Assembly (NCBI GenBank): GCA_002633005.1 | Contig: NMRA01000615.1 | Location: 1-64,000 of the forward strand | Source: Phoronis australis | Lineage: Eukaryota > Animalia > Phoronida | Direction: 5' to 3' | Length of the DNA stretch: 64,000 bases | Part shown: one piece after another, positions 1 through 12,883 of the stretch | Layout of the letters: every line of letters begins with the position of its first letter | How positions within the stretch are numbered: position 1 is the stretch's first letter | Notes under the pieces: generated by a model | Databases searched by the model: none | What the model was told of the DNA's origin: nothing | What the model saw: the letters and a program-made list of their open reading frames with translations, nothing else | Program-made: the position numbers and the translations under genes

Positions 1-478
1 ATGAGAAATGTTTCACGTCTCTCAATAAAGCACTTTTAAAAGATGTAACTCCTCTTGACTTGCCAAGCACTCACATCGTCCTTTGAACAAGAAAAAAAAT
101 CCAGTCTGCTAAAATGCAAGGAAACTGACCTTTTTTATATAAATTACAATTTTTCCCTCAGCGGTAAGGGGAACCCCCCCCCTTGACCTCCCCCTTCAGT
201 GCTGTGCGCCTCAGAATAGCACTTCGCACGACTCGTCAGTTTCACGAATTTGGACCCAACTTTTCAAATCCAGACGAGTCCCTGCGCTGACCTTCCCTGC
301 CAAACGGCTTTCCCTTCCAAGTCAATCATCGCTAAAACTAGCTCATGCCTACCACAACAAAACATCACTTCATCTCTTTCCCGTTCGTCACCAATAAAAC
401 CTGCCTTCCAGAGCCTGCCAGTCCCCAGCAAGCCCCTCCCCTATGTCCACACCTCTTCTCAAACCATCAGACACTCAC

Positions 479-679
479 CTTATGCGACTCCTCAGCATCC
501 TCCAGTCGTGCCCTTCGTGATGCTGTCAACTCCTCCAACGTGACCCACTTCTCTCTCACACTGTCCACCCTCCCTTTAACATCCCGTGCTGCATAGTGAC
601 CTTGTTGCACTAGACTCTCCCCAGTTCTGGCCACCTGGTCACACCTGGGCTTACGAGCTACCATTTCGGCTTCAAGTGC
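479..679 (-). CDS. Internal exon encoding part of a spectrin repeat (spectrin family, beta/beta-heavy-like)
   Basis: Translates ALEAEMVARKPRCDQVARTGESLVQQGHYAARDVKGRVDSVREKWVTLEELTASRRARLEDAEESHK, a classic spectrin-repeat helix B/C pattern (L..E......G..L...GH.....I...W..L......R...LE.A). The exon is 201 nt, phase 0/0, with a ttgtttgcAG acceptor and an AAG|GTGAGT donor. Confidence 0.9.
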
Positions 680-1339
680 CTGCAAACAAGGCACACAATG
701 CTATTATGAAACCACAAACAGACCAACAATAATGACACAAAATCAAAAATTGATGAAATTGAAAAATTCTTCATTGTGAAATAGGCTTAACCAGACAAAC
801 TTTTTCAACACAACAAACAGATGAATATAGACACAATGAGACACAATTTCACACAATCTCATTTTGCCTAAACCAATGTGACTTACAAAAAATCTATAGC
901 ATGCATTTAATATTCTTCAATTCAAGACAGCCTCTAAAACTTGGGACACAGAAATTCAAGCTGAAATTGAAATTTTTGATTCTAAAAATAGGGAAATGGG
1001 CACTTTTGGAGTTTTCAGAATTCTCAAAATATCACACTGGTTTTTATATCAAAAATACATTCAGTAATTCATAAAATCATTGAAAATAGCCACAAACGAA
1101 AGACAACATTTTAATGCAAGCCCATAGTGAGTGTTACATCAAGGAGTTTGGGACAGTAACGGGCAAATCACAATCAAGGTCCATATTCGGTGGCCACTTT
1201 TGATGAAAAATGAAGATTATCGTATAACTGTAAAAGCTGGGTTATTTTAAAGTACAATCATTCCAGGTTTGTAGTCTAAAATATTTTTGCACAACAACCA
1301 CCGAATAAAATTTTATGGCCTAATGCATCACAGTTGTAT

Positions 1340-2595
1340 AAAAGAGTGCGTACACTACAACTTGTGGTCACAGCCCACTTCTACCATGCAAGAATTCATA
1401 AGGTAGCTGTTAATTTAATAAGTTTTGGATCAAATTGAAGAAGTATAACATACTAAAGTAAGAAAGTCATTATCGTGCTGATCAAGTTGTTCTAGATGAT
1501 GATACATTGCATATCTTAACACAGTATAATGAGAATTTTTTCTCTTGCAATGTGATTCTTACAAAAAGAAAATGACAAGTAACTACTTTTTCAAAAACTT
1601 TATTGGTGCTATTTGCTTAGTTTTCAATATATTCACCAGTTGGTCAAATTAGTTAAAGCAATGCTAGGACCAGTGTTCCATTTGTAAATAGTAAAAATAG
1701 TACTGTTTGGGGGATACGTACACTACGCACAGTCAATCAACGTCAAATTTTAACTAATTTACAAATGAATGGGATGGTCTCGAGTTTTGTGCTGCCTCTA
1801 CTTGTTGGTTTGTTGCAAGCTGTCTTGAGAGAAAGAGAACCTGCCTCTGCAACATCAGTTGTCACAAGACATGTCTTCTAAGACGTTAAGTACCAGCCAA
1901 GTCCTGTGTGGCATTTTTTGCCCACATATTTGATAATGTACATTTTTTTGTCAGACTGTATTCATTTTGGAAATATCAGTAGTGTTCATGAGAACAGCAG
2001 TTCTGGCCGTATGTAAAAATACTTGTGGGCAATACTTTATAGCACATAGGTTGAAGGTACGTTCACTACAGTTCAATGACTTGTTGTCAGATTTATAAAA
2101 AATACTGAGAGTTATTTCATTTACCAAGTATATAAAGAGAACAAATAATAAGTACTGCATAAATGTGCATATCTGTCTGTCATTATTAGAAAACAGGCAC
2201 ATGTTATATTGTAGGAGTACGTACACTACACAAATGCTATTTCACTCAAAACAATTGTATTTGTAATTAACAAACTTTTAACCTAGCATTTTTAAAGGAG
2301 GAAACTGTAACAAGTGTTGCTTACTTTTATTATTTATTTATTAATGTAATATTTACAATGAGGGTAGCCCCATCAGTTCACACTGCAACTGTGTAATATT
2401 TTTGTGTCAGATTGCATTTGTTCACATCGGGGTACGTACACTACATCACTGTTTGTGCATCACATGGTAACATAATGTTGCATGGCCACTTATTTTTCTT
2501 TGATGATAATAAGCACCATGGCAATACTGGTAATTTCATTTGCAATGACCATTTGTGTTACTGAATTCCACATGGGGGTACGTACACTACATTTT
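1340..2595. repeat. Dispersed motif (g/t)acgtacactac repeated about 5 times; probable non-autonomous DNA element in the intron
   Basis: Motif seen near 1349, 1716, 2218, 2433 and 2578. Termini were not resolved. Confidence 0.35.
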
Positions 2596-2968
2596 GGCAG
2601 CCTTTTTGGCCCATTTTCAACATAGGAGAACCCAGTCAATATCCAAACTTTTGGTTTGTTTAGATATTGTATAATTTGCTCTGTTGCTTAGGCTAGCATA
2701 TTCTGCAGTTGTTTTTATTACAGAGTGTGAACTTTAGGTTGTATAACCTTCTTTACAGTAGGTGAGGGTTAGAAACACAGAATTTACAAATTTCGTAATG
2801 AGTGCCTGTTTTACGATGAACCCTATCATTTCTCAATGACTAAGCACAACTTCATCTAAGTGATTCTTAAAGTGACTCAAGTTATTCCCAGTAATGTCTA
2901 AGGAATTGCTTACTTGATAAAATAAATTTCTTTTCTACAGTTGACAATTGAATATTGTAATTTTTAAA

Positions 2969-3503
2969 ATGGCCACTCGTAACGCTACACAATGTAACAA
3001 AACTAGGTGTAAAATGTGTAACTTTATCAACGATAGCAGTTTTTTCCAGTCTTCCCAAACCAATGAAAACTTTGAAATAAAACATTATTCTGATTGCACC
3101 ACCAACAATATTATTTACCTTATAACTTGTAAAAAATGTTCTATCCAATACGTAGGACAAACTCAACATAATCTACAAACTCGGCTTCGTAATCATAGAT
3201 TTAACATAATACATAAAAACATTTCTAATACTACAGGTAATCATTTCAATTCCAAAAACCANNNNNNNNNNNNNNNNNNNNNNNNNNNNNNNNNNNNNNN
3301 NNNNNNNNNNNNNNNNNNNNNNNNNNNNNNNNNNNNNNNNNNNNNNNNNNNNNNNNNNNNNNNNNNNNNNNNNNNNNNNNNNNNNNNNNNNNNNNNNNNN
3401 NNNNNNNNNNNNNNNNNNCCCTCACAGACTTAAAAGAGAACAATATTGGATAGACAAACTGAATACAATAGAACCTCATGGATTGAACATAAAAATTTCT
3501 TAA
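2969..3503 (+). mobile_element. Penelope-like retroelement GIY-YIG endonuclease ORF, interrupted by an N gap
   Basis: MATRNATQCNKTRCKMC...CTTNNIIYLITCKKCSIQYVGQT...LQTRLRNHR...GNHFN, then the gap, then HRLKREQYWIDKLNTIEPHGLNIKIS*. This carries the IIY/YVG motif, the CxxC insert and the RE..WI..L.T..P.GLN C-terminus typical of PLE endonucleases. Confidence 0.88.
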
Positions 3504-5702
3504 AATATGTCATTGAATTTTTTACGCAAAAATGTATCATTTTCATTACACCATATCTTATATGTCAATTGTCATTTTGTGTTTGATTTTACTTTATTTC
3601 TGTTTTTGTTGATAAAGAAAGTTGTTACATCCGAAAATTTCAGTTGATCCATTCTTGCTGTTTTATTTACCGATTTATATATAGCAGAATAGAATATAGT
3701 AAAATACAAATACAATACAATAAAAACATGTTCTCATTCAAGTTGTGTAAAACGAACATGTACCGATTGTCCATCAACATTTTTAAAGAAAAACATGATG
3801 CAGAGCTGAAAATACAAGAGCAAGAGATAACACTGGAACTGGAAAAGTTTGAAATGGAGATGAATGAAAGGGAGGGGAAACTAGTTGTAGAACACAACGT
3901 TTTAAATCTCATCGCAAAATTAACTAAAAAGTTGACTAAATTGATGTGACGGATTTGTGTTAGAAGTCACGAGAATGAAAATAAAAGAAATTGCATTCGC
4001 AGAATGATTTGTAAATAGTTTGTAATCTAGCGGATACGGCGTGCTACGATAAGTAGACACTCTGAGCTAGGTATTCGGTTCACGTTTACTTTCACGTTCA
4101 CGTAAAAAAATTGCTGTTGTAAAATTAATCCATTTTTCTTACCGTAACGTGAATCGGCGCGCGCAATCATATCTGCGTGATAATTCACGTTCATGTCGCT
4201 TTGGGAAACCTCTCTGATATATCGTCTGAAACTCAGGCGCCGATTCCTCTAAAACTACAATATCAAATATTCGTATTTAACTATTTTTAGGAAATGTTAC
4301 AAGTTCACCGCGCAGTTACAGTTGTTTTCATCTTTGCTATCTCTTTTCAAGTAATAAATCGTTACATTTAATACTGCTTTTTACAAGAGAAAACTTATAA
4401 ACTCACGCGCAAGACCATACATCTAGGATGTGATGCCCCACGTTCACCAGCAGTCTGAGCGAAGTATTTAAAAAATCTGCCTAAAAATGAAATAAACTTG
4501 GGAATAGTCCTTTTGCGAGTTTATAACAATAACGCTAGATTACGTGAGATTTAACTGTGACGTCACTAGAAGCTTGTCGTTTGGCCATTTGTCCAATACG
4601 GTAGCAGAGTGTATTCTGTTATTTTCGTCGAGTTTTTAGCCGTTTAGTTCGAAAAATGCCAAACAAGCATTGCTGTTATGGCAAATGAAATTTGGATTCG
4701 CACCACGATACGTTCTATCGCGTTCTGTACTAATTTCGTCCCGTGTACTTTAAACGGGCGGTAGGCGAAATCCGCTCACTGATTAAGTTTTCACCTCGTC
4801 AAAGATACATTCTACACCTAAAATTATCACCTAAACAGGTGATTACTTTCTTCAGTTACTCTTTCTGCTTCTAGACATATCTTCGATGAAGCATAGACCC
4901 AATTCACGCGGCAGACATTAAAATCCAAACGAGGCTCACTGCGATAAATAAAGCGGAAATTTACATTGCGTGAGTTAAGTGGCCGGTCTTTGGAGTCCAA
5001 CCTGAATAGTAAATCTTAAAAATGTGTCAATAATTAACCGCAGAGACGTAGAAGAATACAGTTAAAGAACAAGTCAATGCACCAAAGAGTTGTCTGACGA
5101 AAGGGTATAATTTTTCCGGAAAACTAGGTTCGAAACATGAAAAGTAAACATGACCAAATTGCGGCAATCGTAGTGTTACGGATTAGGTATCATGCTGAAT
5201 GCAGGGTTACGTTTCTTCTAATAAATTCTTGATAAAAATGCTTTCTACACGAACCAGGTCATCCGGTCGTATTGCTGACGAATTGAAGATGTATTCGACA
5301 GTGGTGCTCATAGCATTTTGCTGTCATGTGCAATTAGTCACACCTGGTTTAATTTGTTGATCCAGACTAGGCCTATTAGCTTCAAGCATAGCCTACATGT
5401 AGGTCCTGGAGAGGTAGGCACTGCCGGGACTAACAGTTGATTTGTCATTGATCTGAAATAATACTTGATGTTATTAAATATATATTTTGATTACGATGAA
5501 AACCAGGCTCGCAATTGAAAATAAAAATTATATGAGCATCAGTTCTGTATGCTTTCTTGGTTTGAATAATTACGTCTATTTCATGTGAGTATTTTTCAAT
5601 AACAATCTCGATCAAGTTGAATTTTAAAATTAAAACACCTAATTCATTCGTCCAAAGCATAACCTCGTTTTAGAGCTCAATTTCAGTTAACTGGACAGAA
5701 CA

Positions 5703-5870
5703 CAGTTGCGGATTTAGGGGGGAGCCGAGGTGCCATGCCCCAGCCCCCCCCCCCTTAAATTCTCCCAGATTCCATTTGACAGTTCAGGAGCACGAATGTC
5801 TGACGGGCAAAATCCTGGCTAATACTCTGCCTTGCCCCTCCCCCTAACTCAAAGTCCTGGATTCCCCCTG
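5703..5870. mobile_element. hAT-like MITE with 5-bp TSD
   Basis: Termini CAGTTGCGGAT...GGATTCCCCCTG, flanked by GAACA on both sides, with G/C tracts near the ends. Confidence 0.7.
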
Positions 5871-6047
5871 GAACAAGCATAGTTATGTTTCGTCAGAGGC
5901 CTCGTTCATATCCTAGGGGAAAGGTGCCTGTGCAGCCTTCTGAGAGGGGAACGTTTCGCCGAGTGACGGGTCAGTGAAAAATCTACTGACCTCCCTATCA
6001 CCATCAATAGCACCCCGCCCTGTTGCAAGCTCTCAAAGTAGCATTTT

Positions 6048-6328
6048 CAGTGGCTGATCTAGGATACCATATAGTGAGGGGGGGGGGCGACATCCTCGGA
6101 GAAGCGGGCAAAGCGCTATTGTATGCACGCAGGCGGCCCGGAGGTTGCGGGCGCCGAGGATGTATACCTTCTGCTCAGGAAAGCTGGCGTTGGACTAAAA
6201 AAATAAAACGGAACGTGTTTTCCTCCCTCGTCCGCTACTGGTCCTAGATCAAACTCAGTATTTCCTCCCGCTTCACGTTTTCGGCAGTCAAGGGGGGGGC
6301 TTGCTCCCCCCCCCTAAATCCGCCTATA
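6048..6328. mobile_element. hAT-like MITE with 5-bp TSD
   Basis: CAGTGGCTGATCTAGG...CCCCCCTAAATCCGCCTATA, flanked by ATTTT on both sides. Confidence 0.65.
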
Positions 6329-9300
6329 ATTTTGTACTTTTTCGAATTGTCACCTCTGTGGTCACAGTTGATTTGAACCGTTGGAGAGAAATTTTCAATC
6401 ACAAAGGGAATTTCTAAGTCTCGTGGCCAGGAATTTCGCGTGATTTTTCAATATTTTTGAGAGGGGAATAGGGCCGATATTTGGGCCCAAAATTGAGGGA
6501 TTAAGGGCCCTGTCCTTTTTGTAAAGAAAAATGCATCGCGCCTCAACCCATAGTCATGACACACAGGCTGGCTGGCCGAAGATTCTCCGGTCCTCGTTGC
6601 TATGGCGGCATCCAGTCCGAGATGCGACAAATTATGATTCGAAAAGAGTTATGAATTTTACACGGACATATTTTCCTTCGTCGCGGCGTACGGCAAGGAC
6701 GCAACGCTTCCGAATCCCAACGTCCTTAGGGATTGTAAAACAGAGTGTCCGTATTTTTTTTAGCTGTTCGAGGAACGCAGCCGTACAACTACGCGTATAA
6801 GACACCAGATCTATCGTAGCGAGCCTCGTTTTGCAACGCGCCTCCTGTCTGCGTGAATAGGGTCTATAGCGACGGGAATTCAGGTGACTTTGGCGAAGAA
6901 TTCCCAACTCCACTTTGTGATTACTGTTGATTTTGACAGCGCACGCGATAACCACAATGTATTTCAGCTTAGTCAGGTGAGTATGAGGCCAAAGGCTAGC
7001 GTGAAACTGAACGAAGCGCGAGACCTGGCGCGTGACACTTGCAAAAATAGCATGAGAAAATATCTAGTGAAATTTGTGTCCCTTGGACTTTTTTTCGTCA
7101 ACAGGTGTGATTTCACGTAACTGCCTCAAAATAGCACCCAGTGAGAGAAACTCGAGCTAACCACGATTTTCATGGATATGTTCAAGTTATTTGTAGACTA
7201 AATTGTGTCCAGAGTCAGGGAATGTGTTAATTATAACTCCATGTGCACATATGCATGCTTCATTTGATTTTATTTGCTGTATTTTGAAGTGAGTAACTTT
7301 TTATGGGGATACACTATCGCCCCTGTATGCCTGCGAGTTCCAATTTCAGTCCGTTCACAGCTTCGCAAAACATAACAAGTTCACATGTTCTTCGTCTGTT
7401 CACAGTTATTCGACGATCCATCTACCATCTCCTAAGTTGTGTTGTAAGCGCCCAGCCCAAGAACTACATATACACGCGAAAAATGCCTTAATTGCACTAC
7501 ATTTCTAAAATTCTACAGTAACGTCTCCAATTTATCAATTGAAAGATCCGACAGTCCTGAGTTTGTATTTGTAGACCACGAGCCTCACTATTATGTCAGT
7601 ATACACTTCAAACTTACGCCGCGATTCAAAAAGAAGCAAAAGTTTTGCTGCTCTTGCGAGGAATCTGCCCACAGTTGTCTGGACTTTGAAAGCAGACGCA
7701 GCGTAGGCCTACTTTTCAGCGGGATTGCATTGTATCTTTCCGGTACAGATCTTCTGCGGCCTCAACAGGAATCGAAACTTCTTTGTACATGTGAAAACCG
7801 TGAATCGAAGACTGACAAAAGTAAAAACTCGACCAGTACTAGCACGCGGCCAAGAAGCGAGCGCTGCCTACTGTACCGGCTGTCATCGAAGAACTATCTA
7901 TTCATCAAACGGGTAACATTGCATCGGCAAGAAAAATATTGGCACTAATTTCCGAAAGTTTCTAATACCGTAAAAACTTGTGCATTGTTTTTAAGAGAAA
8001 TTGTTTAGCTAATCATAATTGGTATTTTTAAAGTCAAAATGACCCACTGATAGTGAACACATTCGCACCCTTACACCCCGAATCTCCCGGAAAATAGATG
8101 TTACACTACGGTCACGCATCCATTCACCCGGCGACTCAATGAGTGACATAGCGGTCTTACCGAAACAATTCTCGAACGTTTTTAGCAGATGAGACCAGCA
8201 AGTGCTAAGCTAAATATTAGAACACGCTCTGCTTGACTGCTTGAGTTCTTTGGATACAATGCTCACCTAGATCATTACATCGCATTTACTCTGGCAAATG
8301 AACTCTTATGACAAGCACATGCATACAAACTTCAAAACAAACGTCATGTGACAACAACATGGGTGTTCCTCCAGAGATTTTTTCAGTATTGCGGGCTACA
8401 ATCTAGCGCAGATTTGGACTTAATCTGCAGCTAATCCAGACTCCACAAGAACTTAACAATCTAAGAGATGGTATTTGGAAAACTTAAGGAGGATTTCAGG
8501 TAATTTATGAGTCGAAACTGTATTTTTATTCAAGAATTCAACTTGCCCTATCGACGATTGCGAGACCGGCAGCTACGCACCTGTAGGCGAGATTTCTGAA
8601 AAATGATTGTAATTTAACAACGAATTTTGATAGCAATGCACCACAATTTTATAGAAAGTAAAAAATAATATTCTGGACTTTGTCTTAGCACGTTAATGCA
8701 TAATGTGCGTTAGTAAGCAAGTCGACAGAACAGGTGTCGGTGATTGTGCAGAGACACTTTCCTCAAAATTGCTCAGGTTGGCTAGGTTCTGGTCAAGCGA
8801 AAGCAAGTTTTTTTCACTAACCTCCGCCGTGTTGTTGCTGTTTCTTTTAAGGGAAATATTGTTGGACAGTTTCCTAGAAACGTTTTCTTGCCGCCCTCAA
8901 AATGATCGCTGCGTACTTTATGCCACGAAGTCGGAAAGAATTCTCTAAATCAGTCTTTGCTACCAGCTCTACCGATGTTTCTGAACCTTTTTTACGCAGT
9001 TCTTGATCCTTGGGAAACTGGTAGTAACTAAATTCTTTATCTCGCTAACTGTTATTATACATGTAGCAGCCAGGCACACAACACGTATAACCTCCCTGTG
9101 GCCGGTTCACCGACGTACTTGTTTTCCATGTCAGAGTGCACTGTTGAAGTATTGCAGGACGTGAATACGGAAAACAATATCATATAGCCGTATTATGTCA
9201 TTAAAGCGAAAGTATGGCATGTGACGCACGCTCTTATAGGAAACGTGTAGGTTCTGATTATTACAAATACTAGCTGCTACCCGTGCTTTCCTACAGGTAC

Positions 9301-9560
9301 ACGGCTGATTGCGAAGTGAGTAAGAATTGTTAGGAAGACTGTGAGCACATGTGGACCGAAGCACCCATATCTCGTAGCGCAGTGTTGAGATAATGCGTCA
9401 TTATGTACAATTTTTTGGCTCAAATTAAATTGAATATCGCCACATAAGTCAGCAAAATAGACACAGTGACTATTTTTATTCCGTATTGTGGGTTGTAAAA
9501 CATATAACTTAGCAGTGCACTCTGAAAGCTTGTTTGTTTGCCAATAGTGGAGTCTTGTAC

Positions 9561-10374
9561 CAGTGGCGGATCAAGGATATCACAAGGGGGGACCCAACAT
9601 TTTTTGTAAGCATTTGCGCAAAGCACGACTGTAGATGCGCATATTATAGCACCGAATGGGGGAGCTTGGGAGGGGGGGTTCTGTTTTTCCTCTAAAATCA
9701 AGCATTTTCCTTGATTCCTGAAGTATTATCCAGGTAAAAAGAGGACGTGTCAAACAGGAAAAACTGCACCTACCACAGACTCGAACTCACGACCTGACGG
9801 ATATAGCGCGCGTGCTTTACCACTACACCACCACGATTTAATTTGTTACCTGATACTAAGAGACATAATTGTTTATGGACCACAGCGTTTGCGCGCGAAT
9901 CCTACTTCTTTTTGTAATGCTTATTACACGTTTTGTATTTTGTACTCTCGGTTCATAACAAATTTGTTGTATTTAAAATAGTCTTCAAATGCCCAAAAGA
10001 CCAAATCCGTTTTTCGTGTTGGCAATAACGACGGAATTGCTTTGGAAATCGTCTTAGTTAAGGTTTGACAAGTAGAGAATTATGAGTTTCTGAGTGATTC
10101 ACTAAGGCTCGATTAAAATTCAAATCTTACCAGCAACTTCTGTTTTTCGTCGTCACTTAGATTCCATTTTCTTTAAAAAATGAAGTAAATGTCTTCATTG
10201 CACAGTGGAGCAGACGACGGAAACGGAGTCGTAGTGCGCAGCGCCACTGCCGGTCGCCTTGGATATCGCTGGAGAGCCTATACTTAGCCATAGTTCCGTT
10301 ACGATTGCTCCGCGTTCCGAATTTGACACTTGAAATTGGATCTGAGCNCCCCCCCCCCCCTAAATCCGCCTATG
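9561..10374. mobile_element. hAT-like MITE carrying a nested SINE-like insert
   Basis: CAGTGGCGGATCAAGG...CCCCTAAATCCGCCTATG with flanks ttgtac and ctgtac. It spans the single N at 10348. Confidence 0.55.
9770..9836 (-). mobile_element. tRNA-derived SINE head or tRNA-like pseudogene
   Basis: Minus strand reads GGTGGTGTAGTGGTAAAGCACGCG...GGTCGTGAGTTCGAGTC, with Pol III box A and box B. There is no clean acceptor stem. Confidence 0.6.
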
Positions 10375-11332
10375 CTGTACTAAGCCGTAATGAATGGATT
10401 GTAAACATTCGGGTGTACTCGCGTAACATCATGGGGAAAGAAAAAAGACAACGACGTGCGCAGGTATTTTTAGTGACAAAACACGGGCGAAATGTGACAA
10501 AGCATAGGCAATAAGTATCGCGAAGCAAAGTACCAAATTTGGCGGCGTCAGACCCGAAGAAGAATACGTGCGATGGAAGCCCAAGGGTCTGAAATTAAAC
10601 CAACGGACAGACGTCACTCTGGCAATTAAGCCGACGGACTGACGTCACCAATGACAAAGGCTAGTGCAAAGTTGGCCGGCTTCCCTCAGCGTCCGCGATA
10701 AGACGGTCTGCGAGAAAAAAATAAACACTTCGAATCTTGCTAAAGGCGAAGCGCTCTACCTGGGACAAAGGCGGGGCCGAAATGGGCGCAACGAAGGTCT
10801 GTAGTGGAGCGGGGGAGACGGAATTCGTGTGAACTTTCCGTTTTATATTCATAGATAGTAGACCATTGGCCGAGATGTCGAGCATAGGCATGTATTCGTG
10901 TTTGAGGAAAACATTGACACAAAATTGCTTATGTGTCGAAAACCATAGATTTTGTCAGACTTTCTTCACGTTTGGAAGTTTAAGAACCTTTGTTTTACCT
11001 TAGGCTAAAATTGTTGAGTGATCTCACTACAGCAGTATATGAAATAATGTACACGATGGCGTTACAAGGAAATGAACAAATTTATTGTATCGCCCGATCT
11101 TGCCTTTTGGTGCAAGTAACACTTATGGGCTGCGAGTTTCAAAAAACACGGTTTTTTAATAATTTTTTGTGTTTTTTGTCATAATTGTTCTCGTCAATAG
11201 TCGCTTAAAATTGCTATTTTTTGTTCACGCGTTTTGGACACATTTCAAACTTCGACGAATTCTTACTCGCAATGGCTTGCCCGCGATTGCGTGATGATCA
11301 GAATGCACATGTTATCTAACCCATGCTTTCAG

Positions 11333-11700
11333 ATTTAGAAATTCCGATGTCAAGAACGAACCACATCTTACGTACGGTTTAGTGGACAACGTCCAACCTG
11401 GTGCTCACGAGCTTACGCACGTGGAGCCAAACATCAACTTTGGTGTTGTGGTTACTGGCATGAACTCCCGTGGTGATGGTTATGCATTTCCGGCTGGGCT
11501 ACGGCACGCGTTGACTCACCAGGCGTGTGAGCAGTTGGCCACGCACTCGGCTGGGGACGGAGTCGACAACGACTGTGACGGTAAGGCGGACGAAGAGTTG
11601 CTAAACTATAAAGATGACGACAACGACGGGGAAACGGATGAAGATTTGGCGGACGAGCGCAAGTCATACACGAGGAGCACCCACAGATGGTCATATCTTG
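11333..11700 (+). CDS. IgGFc-binding-domain membrane protein, copy A, penultimate exon (domain end plus acidic DNDCDG motif)
   Basis: Acceptor ctttcAG, donor G|GTAAGA. Encodes FRNSDV...GAHELTHVEPNINFGVVVTG...GYAFPAGL...GDGVDNDCDGKADEELLNYKDDDNDGETDEDLAD. Paralogous to 32895-33256 and 56098-56465, with the same phases. Confidence 0.88.
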
Positions 11701-12236
11701 GTAAGACAATCTGATCACCCGCGTCAATTTTGCCCACATACATGTATGACTTCATTTCAGGTCTTAAGCGTTGATTAGAAAATATTAAAATAATATTGTT
11801 TAAGTTTTATCAAATTCAACAGCTAAGCGAGAGAAGGCGGAGTGCATTGCGCCAAGGCGCGGCATGTCATCTATTGAACAACTTTTCACTCCCATCGCCT
11901 CCAGTGGGGGGCGCTAAATGGAAAGGACAACTTCTTCACAAAACGGTCTATTTATAGCGGTTCCGTTGGATTTAGATCACTTATTTATGAAAAACCGTCT
12001 CAATATGTTCAAATAGTCAGATGATAAGGGATTTAGTAGTTTGCAAAGAACTCGTTATATCATAAGATCATGACACGCCACCTTACGAGCCCGGCCACAA
12101 CCAATGACAATTTGTGAGTTCGTTCGAAGAGCTGTAATCACTTCTAACTTGACCAAAGACAAATTGCCGGGCACAATTTCCAAGCGGCAAGTTGTTTTTG
12201 TGTCGGATTGTGCTTCAAACGTCTTTAACGTTTCAG

Positions 12237-12883
12237 GTGCTTCTTCGTCTGGAGAACAGGTTGAAGTAGACAGGACCACGTTATACGTTGTTATTCCTAC
12301 TGTGTTGTGTGCTACCCTTCTGGCGGTGGTATTAGTAATAGTTGTCGTGAAGCGAGAGTTCAAAACTGTTAAAAGTCTCTTGAATCGAGCGTGCGGACGT
12401 TCACAGTTGGAAGCGAAGAAACCCAATCCAATGACTAAGGCACTCGGTAACGAATCCTTAAACGACATAATTCCCGTGACTGTCATGGATAAACTTGAGG
12501 AGCTGCCGCCTGAAGTATTGACCTCGGACATCGACATGACGCAAAAGCCTGGCAACGGGATAGACGTAGTTAGGGAGCACATGTCCGACCAAGAACAGAA
12601 CCCTGTGAGTGTCGATGTCATTACTGCTGAGCCACGATATGAGGTCTCTTCGAGTGACATCGATCTGGCGAAGAACCCCAATATCTGGACGGAGGCAACC
12701 GTAAAAGAACCTGAACCCCTTCAAGGCTCTGTGAATGCTAAGGTCGAGGTAGAGACTCGGACTAATATCTCAACCTGCAACGATAGCTTCAGCGCAGGCA
12801 AGGAGGGTGAACAAGTTTCGGAGGTCAACAAAGATCAAATAAGCGACGTTCCATTTGATGCTGCAGAGCAGTCTAAAGATTAA
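12237..12883 (+). CDS. Copy A terminal exon: transmembrane helix plus acidic cytoplasmic tail
   Basis: Acceptor tttcAG in phase 1, compatible with the previous exon. Encodes LYVVIPTVLCATLLAVVLVIVVV followed by KREFK. Homologous to 38859-39376. Confidence 0.85.

Noticed and set aside
3644-3949. Glu/Lys-rich coiled-coil ORF
   Set aside because: Short and low-complexity, with no clear splice or domain evidence. It may be a transposon accessory fragment.
4656-4710. MPNKHCCYGK*, a THAP-like start
   Set aside because: It has an immediate stop and no traceable continuation. At most it is a tiny transposon relic.
9770-9836. Functional tRNA gene (also 21231-21299)
   Set aside because: Box A and box B are present, but acceptor and anticodon stems do not form convincingly. 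Treated as SINE heads.
12055-12681. 208-aa minus-strand ORF (also 38899-39252, 53162-53437, 56245-56496)
   Set aside because: These are antisense shadows of + strand exons.
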